This document shows, in pieces, positions 27,419 to 38,239 of a stretch of 64,000 bases of DNA. Every line of letters begins with the position of its first letter. Position 1 is the stretch's first letter. The notes beneath the pieces were generated by a model. The model had not been told where the DNA came from and ran no database searches. It saw only the letters and a program-made list of their open reading frames with translations. The stretch comes from Chthoniobacteraceae bacterium (GTDB taxonomy: Bacteria; Verrucomicrobiota; Verrucomicrobiia; Chthoniobacterales; Chthoniobacteraceae), in contig JBBCKI010000029.1 of assembly GCA_037190965.1 (NCBI GenBank), forward strand, positions 64,001 through 128,000. The letters run 5' to 3'. The position numbers and the translations under genes are program-made.

Positions 27419-28213
27419 ATGCTTGTCTATTTCGGCGATATTCGCTATAACCCCGGCGGTTCCTGCGGCCCGCGCAATCAGCTCGATTTTCAACTGGTGA
27501 TTATCTACGAGGGGGAAGCTCTTATCTCCGTGGACGAGACGGAATTCTGGCTGGGGCCGGGCCAGGTCGCCTTGATGAAACCGGGGTGCCGGGAATTCTT
27601 TCAGTTTTCCCGGACGCAGGCGACGCACCACTCCTGGTGCGCCGTCGATCCCTCAAGGGTCGAGCCTGCGCTTGCGTCCCGATTGACGCAAACACCTCCT
27701 TCGCTACGGCTGAGCGCCCGCATGGCGAGCCTGATTGAACTCGGGCTTAATACGCCAACGCCGGGCTCTTTGGCTATCCGCGACTGGAGGGATTCGTTGG
27801 GGGAAGCGTGTTTGAGGGCGTATTTGATGGAGTCCGAGTCCGGGGTTGCACCACCATTGCCGGAAGCCATCCTTCGCGCCCGGTCTGCCATTGAAACGCG
27901 TTTTGCCGAGCCGCTCTCGTTGGACACGCTGGCCCGGGTTGCCTCGGTGAGCCCCAATCATCTCGTGCGGCTCTTTCAGCGACATCTCAAGACCACGCCT
28001 GCACGCCTGCTTTGGAAATGCCGGGTCAAACACGGCACGCAATTGCTGGCGGATACGGGCCTGACGGTCGCCGAGATCGCTTATCGAACCGGATTTCAGA
28101 ATCCGTTCCATTTTTCGCGGATGGTGAAAGCGGAGACGGGCCTCTCCCCGCGCGAGCTTCGGAAGGAACGCTGGAATATGCAGAAGCCTTCGGATTCCAA
28201 CTTTAAAATGTAG
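27419..28213 (+). CDS. AraC-family regulator
   Basis: Cupin N-terminus; EIAYRTGFQNPFHFSR....TGLSP; start may lie upstream (27353). Confidence 0.9.
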   Translation: MLVYFGDIRYNPGGSCGPRNQLDFQLVIIYEGEALISVDETEFWLGPGQVALMKPGCREFFQFSRTQATHHSWCAVDPSRVEPALASRLTQTPPSLRLSARMASLIELGLNTPTPGSLAIRDWRDSLGEACLRAYLMESESGVAPPLPEAILRARSAIETRFAEPLSLDTLARVASVSPNHLVRLFQRHLKTTPARLLWKCRVKHGTQLLADTGLTVAEIAYRTGFQNPFHFSRMVKAETGLSPRELRKERWNMQKPSDSNFKM

Positions 28214-28356
28214 AAGGCGCAAAGCCTTTTGGGCCTTGCGCCTTCCTTCATAGGGGGAACTTCGGCGAGTTTTGCGTAAAATTGCGTACGTGTAAAGAAA
28301 ATGTTTCAGAATTGTCCAAATAAATTGAGCCACGTAGGTCGTTTTGGGACGCGCGG

Positions 28357-29142
28357 GTGCGATTGCGGGTGCGATTTCCCATTCGCGCCGTGCAAAATCC
28401 CCCTCAAAACTTTGAACCGGAAAAGGCCATCGAGCGATTTCTCGGGCTCGCTTCCGGACCACTTCCCGCCGTCCTGATTCTTGCCGCGTACCCCGGCGAC
28501 GAGATTGTCGGAGCGGGAGGGCAGCTTAATCGTTTCGCCCCTTTTTCCGGCGGCATCCCCGAGCGTCTTCTCGTGGTGCATCCCTCGAGTGAACCCTCGG
28601 ATTACTGGCTCACCGCCTTCCTGGCGGGGGGGCTGAATGCCGGATGCCGTGTCACCCTTGGGCTTCCGGATGGGAAGCCGTTGCCTTGCCTCGCCGAGTT
28701 CGTTCGCCTTTTGCTGGCGCAGTTATGGGAATTCCGGCCCGATATCATCCTGACTCATCCCTATGAAGGCGGGTGCCCGGCCTATGACGCCTGCGCTTTT
28801 GCCGCTCAGGAGGCGTGCAGTCTCATGATGGAGGAAATCGGAGCACCCCCGATAAGGCTGGAGATGCCTGACTGCCGCGCGGGAGAAGCGCCTCTGTTTT
28901 CATCGGCGCCTCCCGGGTGTGTCGAGCGGCTGGTGCCGCTCGGCGCGGCAGATCGAATCCGAAAAGCCCTCATGCTGTCCTGTCTTCCCGCCTATGCAAG
29001 CCTCGCAGCCGACAGGTGGAACGGCGAGCGGTTGAGAACCGCGCCACGATATGATTTTTCTCAAACATCGGGTTCCGGACGGAACAGGCCGGAGTGGATG
29101 GAGGCTGTGCGGCAGGCGGAGAAAGATTTGAGGAGCCGTTGA
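28357..29142 (+). CDS. PIG-L/LmbE deacetylase-family protein with degenerate metal motifs
   Basis: LILAAYPGDEIVGAGG, RPDIILTHPYEGGCPAYD, ERLRTAPRYDF. Confidence 0.7.
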   Translation: MRLRVRFPIRAVQNPPQNFEPEKAIERFLGLASGPLPAVLILAAYPGDEIVGAGGQLNRFAPFSGGIPERLLVVHPSSEPSDYWLTAFLAGGLNAGCRVTLGLPDGKPLPCLAEFVRLLLAQLWEFRPDIILTHPYEGGCPAYDACAFAAQEACSLMMEEIGAPPIRLEMPDCRAGEAPLFSSAPPGCVERLVPLGAADRIRKALMLSCLPAYASLAADRWNGERLRTAPRYDFSQTSGSGRNRPEWMEAVRQAEKDLRSR

Positions 29143-29487
29143 GGCAAGACACCGCCTACTTCAGAAGATCTTCCCTGAATGCGTCGGGAGAAAATTCATT
29201 CTCTCCCGCGAATGACGGGATGGTCGATGGAGCATCCCCGTTTGTACGGCGAAAGGCTGTATGATCTCGGGCGGTGTCAGCTTCGCGTGCGCGAGTTGCC
29301 CCGACCAAATCGATGACCACCAGGGAGTCAGGGTCATCCGTGCGGCAGAACAAGAGGATCGGTTTCAATTTCATAGCGCTCACTCTCATCGCCCCACGTG
29401 GCAGGCTGATGAAGTGAATGCGAAATTGGTGTGAAATCGTCCGCGGCGATTTGGTGAGGGTGCTGCCGCACCAATTGGAGTTCGGGA

Positions 29488-30984
29488 TCAGTCCGTCTCC
29501 GGCAGGGAGAGAATGGCCCGTGAGCCGCCTTCGGTCCGGTTCTCCAAGGTCACCGAGCCGTCATGCAAGAGAGCCACTTCTTTCACGAATGCCAGTCCCA
29601 GACCGGAGCTTTTCTTTCCGGTATCGGGCCGGGGAAGAGAATAAAACCGTTCGAAAACCCGGGGCAGCGCATAATCGGGAACCCCCGGGCCGGAATCCTC
29701 CATGATCACGATCCAGCGGCGGTTCTGTTTCTCCCGGTGTAATTTGACGTTCACCGAACTTTCGTGCGGGCTGAACGCGACGGCATTCTCCAGCAGGTTC
29801 ACCAGCGTGCGTTCCAGGAGGAAGGCGTCTCCGCGAACAATGGCTCCGGAGTTGCCCGGAATATCGCGACAAATCCGGATGGCTTTGACGCTCGCTCGTC
29901 CGGCCAGTCGTTCCGTGGCCCGGTCAATCAATGGGTGGAGATCGACTTCTTCGGCGTGATCGAGGGATTTTCTGGATTCCACCGACGCAAGGAGCAGCAG
30001 GCTGTCGGTCGCCTCCTGGATCCGGTGTGTTTCGCTCTGGATATTTGCGAGAAATTTTCGGCGAACTTCCGCCGGCATCTCTTCGTGCAGCAGTTCCGCC
30101 GCTCCCTGGATTGCCGCAATGGGACTCTTGATCTCGTGAGTGAGCGTTTGCACGTAGCGATTGACGTAATCTTTGCCCTCAAGGGCATCGCGCATCTGTT
30201 CAAAGGCGAGGCCCAGGGTGCGGATCTCCGAATGTCCCAGGGTGGGAAGTGCCGTGTGCCGGCCATCGCGGACTGCCTTGGCATAGGCGATCAGGTTGCT
30301 GATCGGATAAGTAATCCATGCGGAAAAGAGAACGCCCATGAGGGCAACGCCGACGGCAGCGACAGTCCCGAGAATCACAATCCGGTTTCTCGTTCGGTCC
30401 ATGAACATCGCCATTCTTGTGAGCGGTTTGGATACCGTCAGAACGCCTGCAATCTGCCCCTCCTGGTGAATGGGCGCGGCAACGTAGAGAACGGTTGTTT
30501 CCGAATTGGCCTGCCTTGTGGGCGTCGCCCTTGATCCATATTTCCCCTGGAGCGTGAGATGGACATCGTTCCATCGCGAATAATCCGCGCCGACGGCCTT
30601 GCCTTGATCGGAGTCAAAGATGACCTTGCCGGTCGCGTCGGTCACGTAAACGCGCAGGTCGAGGCTGCTTTTGGTCACGTCATAAATCTGCGCCGTGAAT
30701 TTGCGCTGCTGAGCTCGATCGTAGATCGACTGGAGGGCGGTGGGATTCAGTTCCTTGCCGTCCCATGACTGTTCCGCCGCCGATGCCAGGACATTGGCGA
30801 TATCGACCATGATTTCCTCCTCGGCTCCCAGGTAGCGGGGGCGGATATCGGCGGAGAGCTTCCATGTCAGATAGATAAAGCCGCTGGCGACGATGATCAG
30901 ATAGCTCAGGATCACCCGTGTCCGAATGCTGAGGAAAAGGGCTTCCGTCCGTTTGCTGATCCAGTGGGAGAGATCTCGCAACAT
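29488..30984 (-). CDS. creC: CreC-like sensor histidine kinase
   Basis: RVYVTD..G.V.FDS, DYSRWNDV.LTL.GKYG.R, LEGK.YV..YVQTLTHEIKSP, ERFYSLPRP, SSGLGL. Confidence 0.9.
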   Translation of the reverse strand: MLRDLSHWISKRTEALFLSIRTRVILSYLIIVASGFIYLTWKLSADIRPRYLGAEEEIMVDIANVLASAAEQSWDGKELNPTALQSIYDRAQQRKFTAQIYDVTKSSLDLRVYVTDATGKVIFDSDQGKAVGADYSRWNDVHLTLQGKYGSRATPTRQANSETTVLYVAAPIHQEGQIAGVLTVSKPLTRMAMFMDRTRNRIVILGTVAAVGVALMGVLFSAWITYPISNLIAYAKAVRDGRHTALPTLGHSEIRTLGLAFEQMRDALEGKDYVNRYVQTLTHEIKSPIAAIQGAAELLHEEMPAEVRRKFLANIQSETHRIQEATDSLLLLASVESRKSLDHAEEVDLHPLIDRATERLAGRASVKAIRICRDIPGNSGAIVRGDAFLLERTLVNLLENAVAFSPHESSVNVKLHREKQNRRWIVIMEDSGPGVPDYALPRVFERFYSLPRPDTGKKSSGLGLAFVKEVALLHDGSVTLENRTEGGSRAILSLPETD

Positions 30985-30999
30985 GGTGCGTGGGTTGGA

Positions 31000-31713
31000 C
31001 TAAAGCGCGAGGGAGTAGCCGACGCCGCGGTAGGTGCGGATCGGGTCGGTATCGGAAGCTATGGCATGAAGTTTGGCCCGAATCGTCTTGATATGGGCGT
31101 CGACCGTCCGGTCCAGCGAAGAGCCCGGCTCGTCCCAGACGCGATTCATCAACTCATCGCGAGAGAAGACTTTCCCCGGACGATCCAGCAGGACTTTTAG
31201 AAGCCGGTATTCGTAGCGGGAAAGATGCAGGAGACAGCTCTGGTAGCGAATCTCCAGGCGTTCTTCATCCACGGTAAACGGGCTGGAACTTTTGGGCAGG
31301 GGAGAAGGTGAATCCACCACAGGGGAAAATTCGGAAGCCGCAGGAGAATGATTGGTGCGGCGTAGCACCGCCTTGACCCGCGCCGATAGCTCGCGCGGGC
31401 TGAACGGTTTGACGACATAGTCATCCGCCCCGATCTCCAGGCCGACCACACGGTCGATCTCGTCTTTGCGGGCTGTTACAAAGATAATCGGAACTGAGGA
31501 AACGCGCCGGAGACGCTTGCAAACCTCGAACCCATTGCTGTCCGGAAGTCCGATATCCAATATCACCAATTGGAAGTCGTTGGAGGCAAACGCGTTCAAC
31601 GCATTTTCGGCGGTGGGGTGCCAGGCCACTTCGAAGCCCTCCGTCGTCAGTGCATAGATAATATTGTCGGCAATGGACGGCTCGTCTTCGATCAGCAGAA
31701 TCTTGGATGGCAT
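31000..31713 (-). CDS. creB: CreB-like OmpR-family response regulator
   Basis: EDEPSIAD, LDIGLPD, GADDYVVKPFSPRE, DRTVDAHIKTIRAKL; adjacent to creC. Confidence 0.9.
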   Translation of the reverse strand: MPSKILLIEDEPSIADNIIYALTTEGFEVAWHPTAENALNAFASNDFQLVILDIGLPDSNGFEVCKRLRRVSSVPIIFVTARKDEIDRVVGLEIGADDYVVKPFSPRELSARVKAVLRRTNHSPAASEFSPVVDSPSPLPKSSSPFTVDEERLEIRYQSCLLHLSRYEYRLLKVLLDRPGKVFSRDELMNRVWDEPGSSLDRTVDAHIKTIRAKLHAIASDTDPIRTYRGVGYSLAL

Positions 31714-31814
31714 CGGAGTTTGTTTTAGTGTGACGGAATGAAAGTTCGTTTACAAAGTTTTGGTGATTTTATTTGATCTGCCAACGCTGACATCGGCTTG
31801 ATGTGACGGGCGAT

Positions 31815-32022
31815 TCATATCCGCCGGGTGACGCGATAGCACCGGGGGGTGGTTCCCACCAGCCGGCGGAAGACGCGATAAAAATGTTCCACGGATTCAA
31901 AACCGCTTTCGAGCGCGACATTCAAGGTGCTCAGTTCAGTGGTAGCCAGAAGCTCCTGGGCGCGGGCGATTCGAAGCGTTTGCAGATAGGCCACCGTCCG
32001 GCCCATCTCCCGGCGAAATAGC
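31815..32022 (-). pseudogene. AraC regulator C-terminal fragment
   Basis: LFRREMGRTVAYLQTLRIARAQELL....VALESGFESVEHFYRVFRRLVGTTP; no N-terminal domain. Confidence 0.75.
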
Positions 32023-32306
32023 CCAAGTTGCTTACCACTCCGGACGAGCTGAGGAATTTCCACGCCGAAGAAATGGCGCAGATGGATTTGAGCACAGGCG
32101 TCCTGGGTGAAACCGTTCCCGGGGATGTGGTGATTTTCCACTCTCTCGCCCCGCACCGCAGCGAGCTGAACCGCTCCAATCGTTCCCGCCGCCGGCTCTA
32201 CCTGAGCTACAATGCGATGTCGGCAGGTGACGTTTATCAGTCACAGCAGGCGCATTATCGCGCCTATGCCTCGAGAAATACATCTAACGAGCTCTATTTC
32301 CAGTAA
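32023..32306 (+). pseudogene. PhyH dioxygenase C-terminal fragment
   Basis: PGDVVIFHSLAPHRSELNRSNRSRRRLYLSYN; the HxD-containing half is missing. Confidence 0.75.
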
Positions 32307-32388
32307 ACGGAATCGTCGCCATTATACGATTTTGCAACGCTATCCTTCGGTGCGGCAGTCTTTCCCTTGCTTTCCGATTCAATAGGCA

Positions 32389-34293
32389 ATGGCCAAGAAG
32401 AAGCGGACGATCAGGGACATTCCTGAAGCGGGTTTAGAGAGCACGGGCATCGAGGACCTTATCGGGGAACTCACTGCCATCCGGTCGGATATCATCGCCG
32501 AAGCGGCCAGGCAGCAACGACGACTCGATGACGTTCATACCAACTACCGGGACAGCGCCAGGAACCTTTTGCATTATCTTGCGCTTCGTCGTCGCGATCT
32601 TCGGCCGTTGCAACTCCGATTGGCCGCGCTTGGACTCTCATCCCTCGGGCGAGCCGAGTCGCACGTCCTGTCCACCGTCGATGCGGTTTTGGAAGTCCTT
32701 CATCGTCTGGCGCAGCGACCATGGCAGCCTGTGTCGCCGGCCGAGGTTGTCGATTTTGCCACCGGAGAGCGGTTGCTGGCCCAACACACGCAAGCCCTTT
32801 TCGGTGCCGCCCCCACAGGGCGCGGGGTTCGGATCATGGTGACCATGCCGGGCGAGGCGGCTGACAATTACACCTTCGTTCACGACCTCTTGCAGCAGGG
32901 GATGGACTGCATGCGGATCAATTGCGCTTATGACGACGCCGCAACGTGGTTGCGGATGATCGAGAATCTGAGGAAGGCAGAGCAGACGTTGGGACAATCA
33001 TGCCGGGTTGTCATGGACCTGGCAGGGCCGAAATTGCGTACAGGGCCGATGGAGCCGGGCTCGGCGGTGGTTCGGATTCGCCCGCGCCGCGACGTCCATG
33101 GGCGGGTGACGTCGCCCGCTCGGGTTTGGTTGACCTCAAAGGCCGCTCCGTGTACGGCTCCCCTGTCAGCGGATGCTTGTCTCCCTGTTTCGGAGAAATG
33201 GCTGACTCGTCTCCATCCGGGGGATCGGGTGAAATTCATCGATGCTCGGGAATCCAGGCGAACCTTTGTAGTCGTTGAGGTGACCGCGGGCGGGTGCTGG
33301 GCTGAGATGGCCAAGACGGCTTACATCGTCCCCGGCACCATCCTGCGATCCGAACGAGGAGACGACACAGGGGACGATTGCGAAGGCCCAGTCGGAAACC
33401 TGCGATCCACCAGGAACGCCATAACCCTTCATCAAGGAGACAGACTCATCCTGACCCGGGACCTTAATCCGGGCCGTCCCGCGATTCGCGACGCCGCAGG
33501 GCGCTTGCTTGCGGATGCCGTGATTGGATGTACGATTCCCGAGGTCTTCGATGACGTCCATCCGGGAGAGCCGATTTGGTTCGACGGCGGCAGGATCGGC
33601 GGAGTCGTCGAGAAGGTGGAAAGCACACGTGTTCTCGTGCGGATCATCCACACGCGCTTGCGCGGTGAGAAGTTGCGAGGAGGAAAGGGAATAAACCTTC
33701 CTGAAAGCGACCTCCGGCTGGCGGCCTTGACCGCGAAGGATCTCGACGATCTGTCTTTCGTGGCCAAGCACGCCGACGTGGTTGAATTGTCTTTTGCCAA
33801 CAGGGCCGAAGACATGGAGTTACTCCAGAAGCACCTGGCGCGGCAGGGCAATCGCCAGCCTGCCATCGTTCTGAAAATCGAAACGCGGCGTGGCTTTGAG
33901 AACTTGCCCGGCTTGTTGCTGACGACCATGCGAGCACCCTCTTGCGGCGTCATGATCGCCCGAGGCGACCTGGCCGTCGAATGCGGTTTTGAGCGCCTCG
34001 CGGAAGTCCAAGAGGAGATTCTTTGGATCTGTGAAGCTGCCCACGTCCCCGTAATCTGGGCGACGCAAGTCCTGGAAACCCTCGCCAAGGAGGGAATGCC
34101 GTCTCGCGCCGAAATCACGGACGCAGCGATGGGGGATAGAGCCGAGTGCGTCATGCTCAACAAGGGGCCTCATGTGTTGAACGCCGTTCGGGCTCTGGAT
34201 GATATTTTGAGGCGGATGCAGGCACACCAAACCAAGAAGCGGGCCATGCTCCGGAAGTTGCGGTTGGCTCGCGCGCTGCCGACCGACCATTAA
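32389..34293 (+). CDS. pyk: Pyruvate kinase (long form)
   Basis: RIMVTMP, MRINCA, MDLAGPKLRTG, KGINLP, LKIET, MIARGDL, WATQVLE, RAEITD, CVMLNKG. Confidence 0.88.
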   Translation: MAKKKRTIRDIPEAGLESTGIEDLIGELTAIRSDIIAEAARQQRRLDDVHTNYRDSARNLLHYLALRRRDLRPLQLRLAALGLSSLGRAESHVLSTVDAVLEVLHRLAQRPWQPVSPAEVVDFATGERLLAQHTQALFGAAPTGRGVRIMVTMPGEAADNYTFVHDLLQQGMDCMRINCAYDDAATWLRMIENLRKAEQTLGQSCRVVMDLAGPKLRTGPMEPGSAVVRIRPRRDVHGRVTSPARVWLTSKAAPCTAPLSADACLPVSEKWLTRLHPGDRVKFIDARESRRTFVVVEVTAGGCWAEMAKTAYIVPGTILRSERGDDTGDDCEGPVGNLRSTRNAITLHQGDRLILTRDLNPGRPAIRDAAGRLLADAVIGCTIPEVFDDVHPGEPIWFDGGRIGGVVEKVESTRVLVRIIHTRLRGEKLRGGKGINLPESDLRLAALTAKDLDDLSFVAKHADVVELSFANRAEDMELLQKHLARQGNRQPAIVLKIETRRGFENLPGLLLTTMRAPSCGVMIARGDLAVECGFERLAEVQEEILWICEAAHVPVIWATQVLETLAKEGMPSRAEITDAAMGDRAECVMLNKGPHVLNAVRALDDILRRMQAHQTKKRAMLRKLRLARALPTDH

Positions 34294-34400
34294 GGCGTTC
34301 CTGATTGAAGAGCCTTCGCTATAAATTCTTCCGCGCCAATACGCTCGATTTCTCATCGTTTCTCCGATGTTCTTGGTGAGCGAGTTCCATCGAACGCTTT

Positions 34401-34859
34401 ATGAATTCACAGCTAAACTACCACCCGGCGAACCCTGACGATCTCGAACTGATCCTCTCGCTGATGCAGGAGTTCTACGCCGAAGATCAAATCGCGTTCG
34501 ACATCGGGCGCGCCCGCCGCTCGGTGGCTGAACTGCTCGCACGGCCCGAGCTGGGCTCCATTTTACTGCTGAGCGAGCAGGGAACCCCTGACGGCCACGG
34601 CATTCTCGTTTTGATTCTGAGTTTCACCTTGGAGCATGGAGGGCTCTTTGTGCTGCTCGATGAGCTTTACCTGCAACCTTCCCTGCGGGGAAGAGGGCTT
34701 GGAAAGAAGGCGATCCAGCTGGCTCGCCGCTGGGCTGTCGATAAAGGAGCGCACGCAATGCGGTTGGAGGTGCATCATCACAACCCTGAAGCCAAGGCGC
34801 TCTATGGCAAACACGGGTTTGAGGATGACCACCGGGATGTCCTGACGCTCTGGCTCTAA
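34401..34859 (+). CDS. GNAT acetyltransferase
   Basis: LDELYL....RGRGLG...N..A..LY.K.GF. Confidence 0.88.
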   Translation: MNSQLNYHPANPDDLELILSLMQEFYAEDQIAFDIGRARRSVAELLARPELGSILLLSEQGTPDGHGILVLILSFTLEHGGLFVLLDELYLQPSLRGRGLGKKAIQLARRWAVDKGAHAMRLEVHHHNPEAKALYGKHGFEDDHRDVLTLWL

Positions 34860-34894
34860 GTAATCGGGGGCTATTCTGTATTCCTCGGCATGAG

Positions 34895-35809
34895 CTACTT
34901 CACCGGCTCGATTCCTTTCAGCGTCGAGAAGCTGATGCGCCGCATCGTGTCGAGGAACTCCAGCATGTAGACCGATGAAGCTTTCTCCGAGGTCGTCGCG
35001 GCGTACAGATTGGCAAAAAGACCGGATTTCCGGATGGGCCGCGAGGCGACATAGTCTTTTTCGAGATAAGGTTGAACCGCCCACCCTGGCATCGCCGCAA
35101 TCGCCCGATTGCTGGCAACGAGTTGCAGGATGGCCACGGTCAATTCAGTCTTCCGCCGCGGAGGTTCGATGTTGGCAGGCAGAAGCACTTCGCGGATGAC
35201 ATCGATCCGATCATCCGGGATCGGATAGGTCACCAGGGTTTCCTTCGCAAAGTCCTTGGCCGTGAGGTAGGCCTTCTTGGTGTAGGGGTGATTCCGCGCC
35301 AGCAGGGCGAGGACTTCATAGCGGAACAGGGGGTGAAAAGTGACTCCCGGCCGCGATTTTGCCTGGGAGACGATCACCAGATCGGCGGTATCTTGCGCCA
35401 GCAAGCCGACGGGATCGGGCTGAAAGCCTGAAACGAGGTCCATCTCGACTTCCGGCCAGCCTTGGCGGAAGGCGTCCATGCTCGGCATCAGCCAATCGAA
35501 ACAGGAATGGCACTCCACGGCGATACGGAGTTGTCCGGCCTTGCCGTCGGCGATTCTCGCGACATCGCGTTCGCATTGCATGACCAGCTTCTCGACATCG
35601 TAAGCGGTTCCGAGCAATCGTTCTCCCGCCGGGCTGAGCCGCAGCGGGTTGCTCTTGCGCTGGAACAGCTCCACGGCGAGATGATCCTCCAACGCCTTCA
35701 TCTGGTGGGAAAGCGCCGGTTGCGAAAGATTCAGGCGTTTTCCCGCCTTCGAGAGATTCCCGGTTTCGGCAATGGCGACAAAGGCGCGCAGGTGACGCAG
35801 TTCGAGCAT
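34895..35809 (-). CDS. metR: LysR-family regulator MetR
   Basis: MLELRHL, SQPALSHQ, GQLRIAVECHSCFDWLMP; divergent from metE. Confidence 0.9.
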   Translation of the reverse strand: MLELRHLRAFVAIAETGNLSKAGKRLNLSQPALSHQMKALEDHLAVELFQRKSNPLRLSPAGERLLGTAYDVEKLVMQCERDVARIADGKAGQLRIAVECHSCFDWLMPSMDAFRQGWPEVEMDLVSGFQPDPVGLLAQDTADLVIVSQAKSRPGVTFHPLFRYEVLALLARNHPYTKKAYLTAKDFAKETLVTYPIPDDRIDVIREVLLPANIEPPRRKTELTVAILQLVASNRAIAAMPGWAVQPYLEKDYVASRPIRKSGLFANLYAATTSEKASSVYMLEFLDTMRRISFSTLKGIEPVK

Positions 35810-35818
35810 GGAGAAAAA

Positions 35819-35845
35819 ATGATCATTCGTATTCCGAATGACCAT
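35819..35845. promoter_or_regulatory. Inverted repeat in metR-metE intergenic region, probable MetR control site
   Basis: ATGATCATTCG-TATTC-CGAATGACCAT (11-bp arms, 1 mismatch). Confidence 0.45.
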
Positions 35846-35899
35846 CATAAAAACAATGAGTTACCTGGATGAACGGCGAGGCTGATAGCCTGACAGGAC

Positions 35900-38239
35900 A
35901 TGAGCAAGATCCGCACGCACATCCTGGGCTATCCTCGTATTGGGGAGCAACGCGAACTGAAGAAGGCCACCGAGCTTTATTGGAAGGGCGAAATTCCGCG
36001 CCTCGAGCTGGAATCCGTCGGCCGGGAACTCCGCAAGCGGAACTGGCAGAAACAAGCCGCCGCCGGCATCGATCTCATCCCCTGCAACGACTTTTCGTTC
36101 TATGATCAGGTCCTCGATGCCGCCTGTCTCTTCGGCAACGTGCCGGCCCGTTTTTCGTGGGATGGCTCGAATGTCGGCCTCGACACTTTATTCGCCATCG
36201 CGCGCGGCGCGCGGGATACAAAGGACGATTCCTGCTGCGGCGGGACCTGCGGCAGCGCGGGATTTGCCAGCGAAATGACCAAGTGGTTCGACACGAACTA
36301 CCACTACATCGTCCCCGAATTCAAAGCCGACACCCAGTTCAAACTCTCTGCGACGAAGATCTTCGACGAACTTCGTGAAGCAAAGTCGCTTGGGCTGAAT
36401 GCCAAGCCGGTATTGGTGGGGCCGGTGACGTACCTCACTCTCGGCAAGGTTCAGGATTCCGGAAATCCCGACTTCGACCGTTTCGATCTTCTAGACCGCC
36501 TGCTGCCGGTTTACGAGGAGGTGCTTGCCAAGCTGGCCGCCGAAGGCGTGGAATGGATCCAGCTCGACGAACCGGTGTTCGCCCTAGACCTCAATGATCG
36601 CCAGAGAGCGTGCTTTGCCGCTGCCTATGACCGTCTTGCCAAGGCGGCGGGCTCCGCCAAACTGCTGGTCGCGTCGTACTTCGGCGAGCTTCGCGACAAC
36701 CTCCCGCTGTTCCTCGGTCTACCGGTGGCTGGCCTGCACTACGACGTCGTGCGCGGCGAGGCAGAAGTTAACGCCTTGCTCGACCAAATCCCCGCTGGGA
36801 AAATCTTGTCGTTGGGCATCGTCGATGGCCGCAACATCTGGAAAAACGATTTCGAAGCGTCGCTTGCCATTCTCGAAAAGGCCAAGGCAAAGCTTGGCGA
36901 AGAGCGGCTCTGGGTCTCCGCTTCCTCTTCGCTCCTGCATTCCCCGGTGACGCTGGCCAACGAGAAGAAGCTCGACGCGGAGATCAAGGACTGGCTTGCG
37001 TTTGCCGACGAAAAGCTCACCGAGATCGTTACACTCGCCGGGCTCCTCTGCGGCCCTGGCGACACCGCCGCGCTCGAAGCGAACCGCGCCAGCCAGCAGC
37101 GTCGGCGCGAAAGCCCGCGCATTCACAATCCCGTCGTGAAAGCCCGCCTCGCCGCCGTGACGGCCGCCGACAGCCAACGCGTCTCCAGTTTTTCCAGACG
37201 CCAGCAGCTCCAGCATGAAAAGCTCGGATTGCCGCTTTTCCCAACCACCACCATCGGCTCGTTTCCTCAAACCGCCGAGGTGCGTGCCGCACGCGCGAAG
37301 TGGAAGAAAGGCGCGCTGACCGACCAGGAGTACGATTCCTTCCTCAAGGAGGAGACCCGCAAGTGCGTGGCTTGGCAGGAGGAGATCGGTATCGACATGC
37401 CGGTTCACGGCGAATTCGAGCGCAACGACATGGTCGAATACTTCGGCGAGCAACTCGATGGTTTTACTTTCACCGCGAACGGCTGGGTGCAGAGCTACGG
37501 CAGCCGTTGCGTGAAGCCGCCGGTCATTTTCGGCGACGTGAGCCGCCCACGGCCGATGACGACCTATTGGTCCGAGTTTGCCCAATCGCTCACCAATCGT
37601 CCGATGAAGGGGATGCTCACAGGCCCGGTCACGATTCTCCAGTGGTCTTTTGTCAGAAACGATCAACCGCGTGAAACGACGACCCGCCAGATTGCGCTCG
37701 CCATCCGCGACGAAGTCGTGGACCTCGAAAAGTCGGGCATTGCCGCGATTCAGATCGACGAACCGGCGATCCGCGAGGGCTTGCCGCTACGCCGAGCCGA
37801 TTGGGACGCCTATCTTGCCTGGGCGGTCGAATCCTTCCGCCTCAGCGCCAGCGGGGTAAAGGATGACACGCAGATTCACACGCATATGTGCTACTCGGAG
37901 TTCAATGACATCATCGGCGCCATCGCCGATATGGATGCCGACGTGATCACTATTGAGACCTCCCGCTCCAATATGGAGCTTCTGGAAGCCTTCGTGGAGT
38001 TCAAGTATCCGAACGAGATCGGGCCTGGCGTGTATGACATCCATTCACCGCGCATCCCGACCGTCGAGCAGATGGAGACCCTGCTTCAAAAGGCCGGCAG
38101 CGTGATCCCGGAAGGGAATCTCTGGGTGAACCCGGACTGTGGCCTCAAGACCCGCGGCTGGGCGGAAGTGAAGCCCGCGCTCATTAACATGGTGAAAGCC
38201 GCTCGCAGGCTTCGTGCCGGCGCGGTAGCCACAATCTGA
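35900..38239 (+). CDS. metE: Cobalamin-independent methionine synthase
   Basis: [54 protein letters not shown]. Confidence 0.97.
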   Translation: MSKIRTHILGYPRIGEQRELKKATELYWKGEIPRLELESVGRELRKRNWQKQAAAGIDLIPCNDFSFYDQVLDAACLFGNVPARFSWDGSNVGLDTLFAIARGARDTKDDSCCGGTCGSAGFASEMTKWFDTNYHYIVPEFKADTQFKLSATKIFDELREAKSLGLNAKPVLVGPVTYLTLGKVQDSGNPDFDRFDLLDRLLPVYEEVLAKLAAEGVEWIQLDEPVFALDLNDRQRACFAAAYDRLAKAAGSAKLLVASYFGELRDNLPLFLGLPVAGLHYDVVRGEAEVNALLDQIPAGKILSLGIVDGRNIWKNDFEASLAILEKAKAKLGEERLWVSASSSLLHSPVTLANEKKLDAEIKDWLAFADEKLTEIVTLAGLLCGPGDTAALEANRASQQRRRESPRIHNPVVKARLAAVTAADSQRVSSFSRRQQLQHEKLGLPLFPTTTIGSFPQTAEVRAARAKWKKGALTDQEYDSFLKEETRKCVAWQEEIGIDMPVHGEFERNDMVEYFGEQLDGFTFTANGWVQSYGSRCVKPPVIFGDVSRPRPMTTYWSEFAQSLTNRPMKGMLTGPVTILQWSFVRNDQPRETTTRQIALAIRDEVVDLEKSGIAAIQIDEPAIREGLPLRRADWDAYLAWAVESFRLSASGVKDDTQIHTHMCYSEFNDIIGAIADMDADVITIETSRSNMELLEAFVEFKYPNEIGPGVYDIHSPRIPTVEQMETLLQKAGSVIPEGNLWVNPDCGLKTRGWAEVKPALINMVKAARRLRAGAVATI

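Noticed and set aside
29156..29389. 77-aa minus-strand ORF downstream of creC
   Set aside because: No motif support and not CreD-like; cannot be called.
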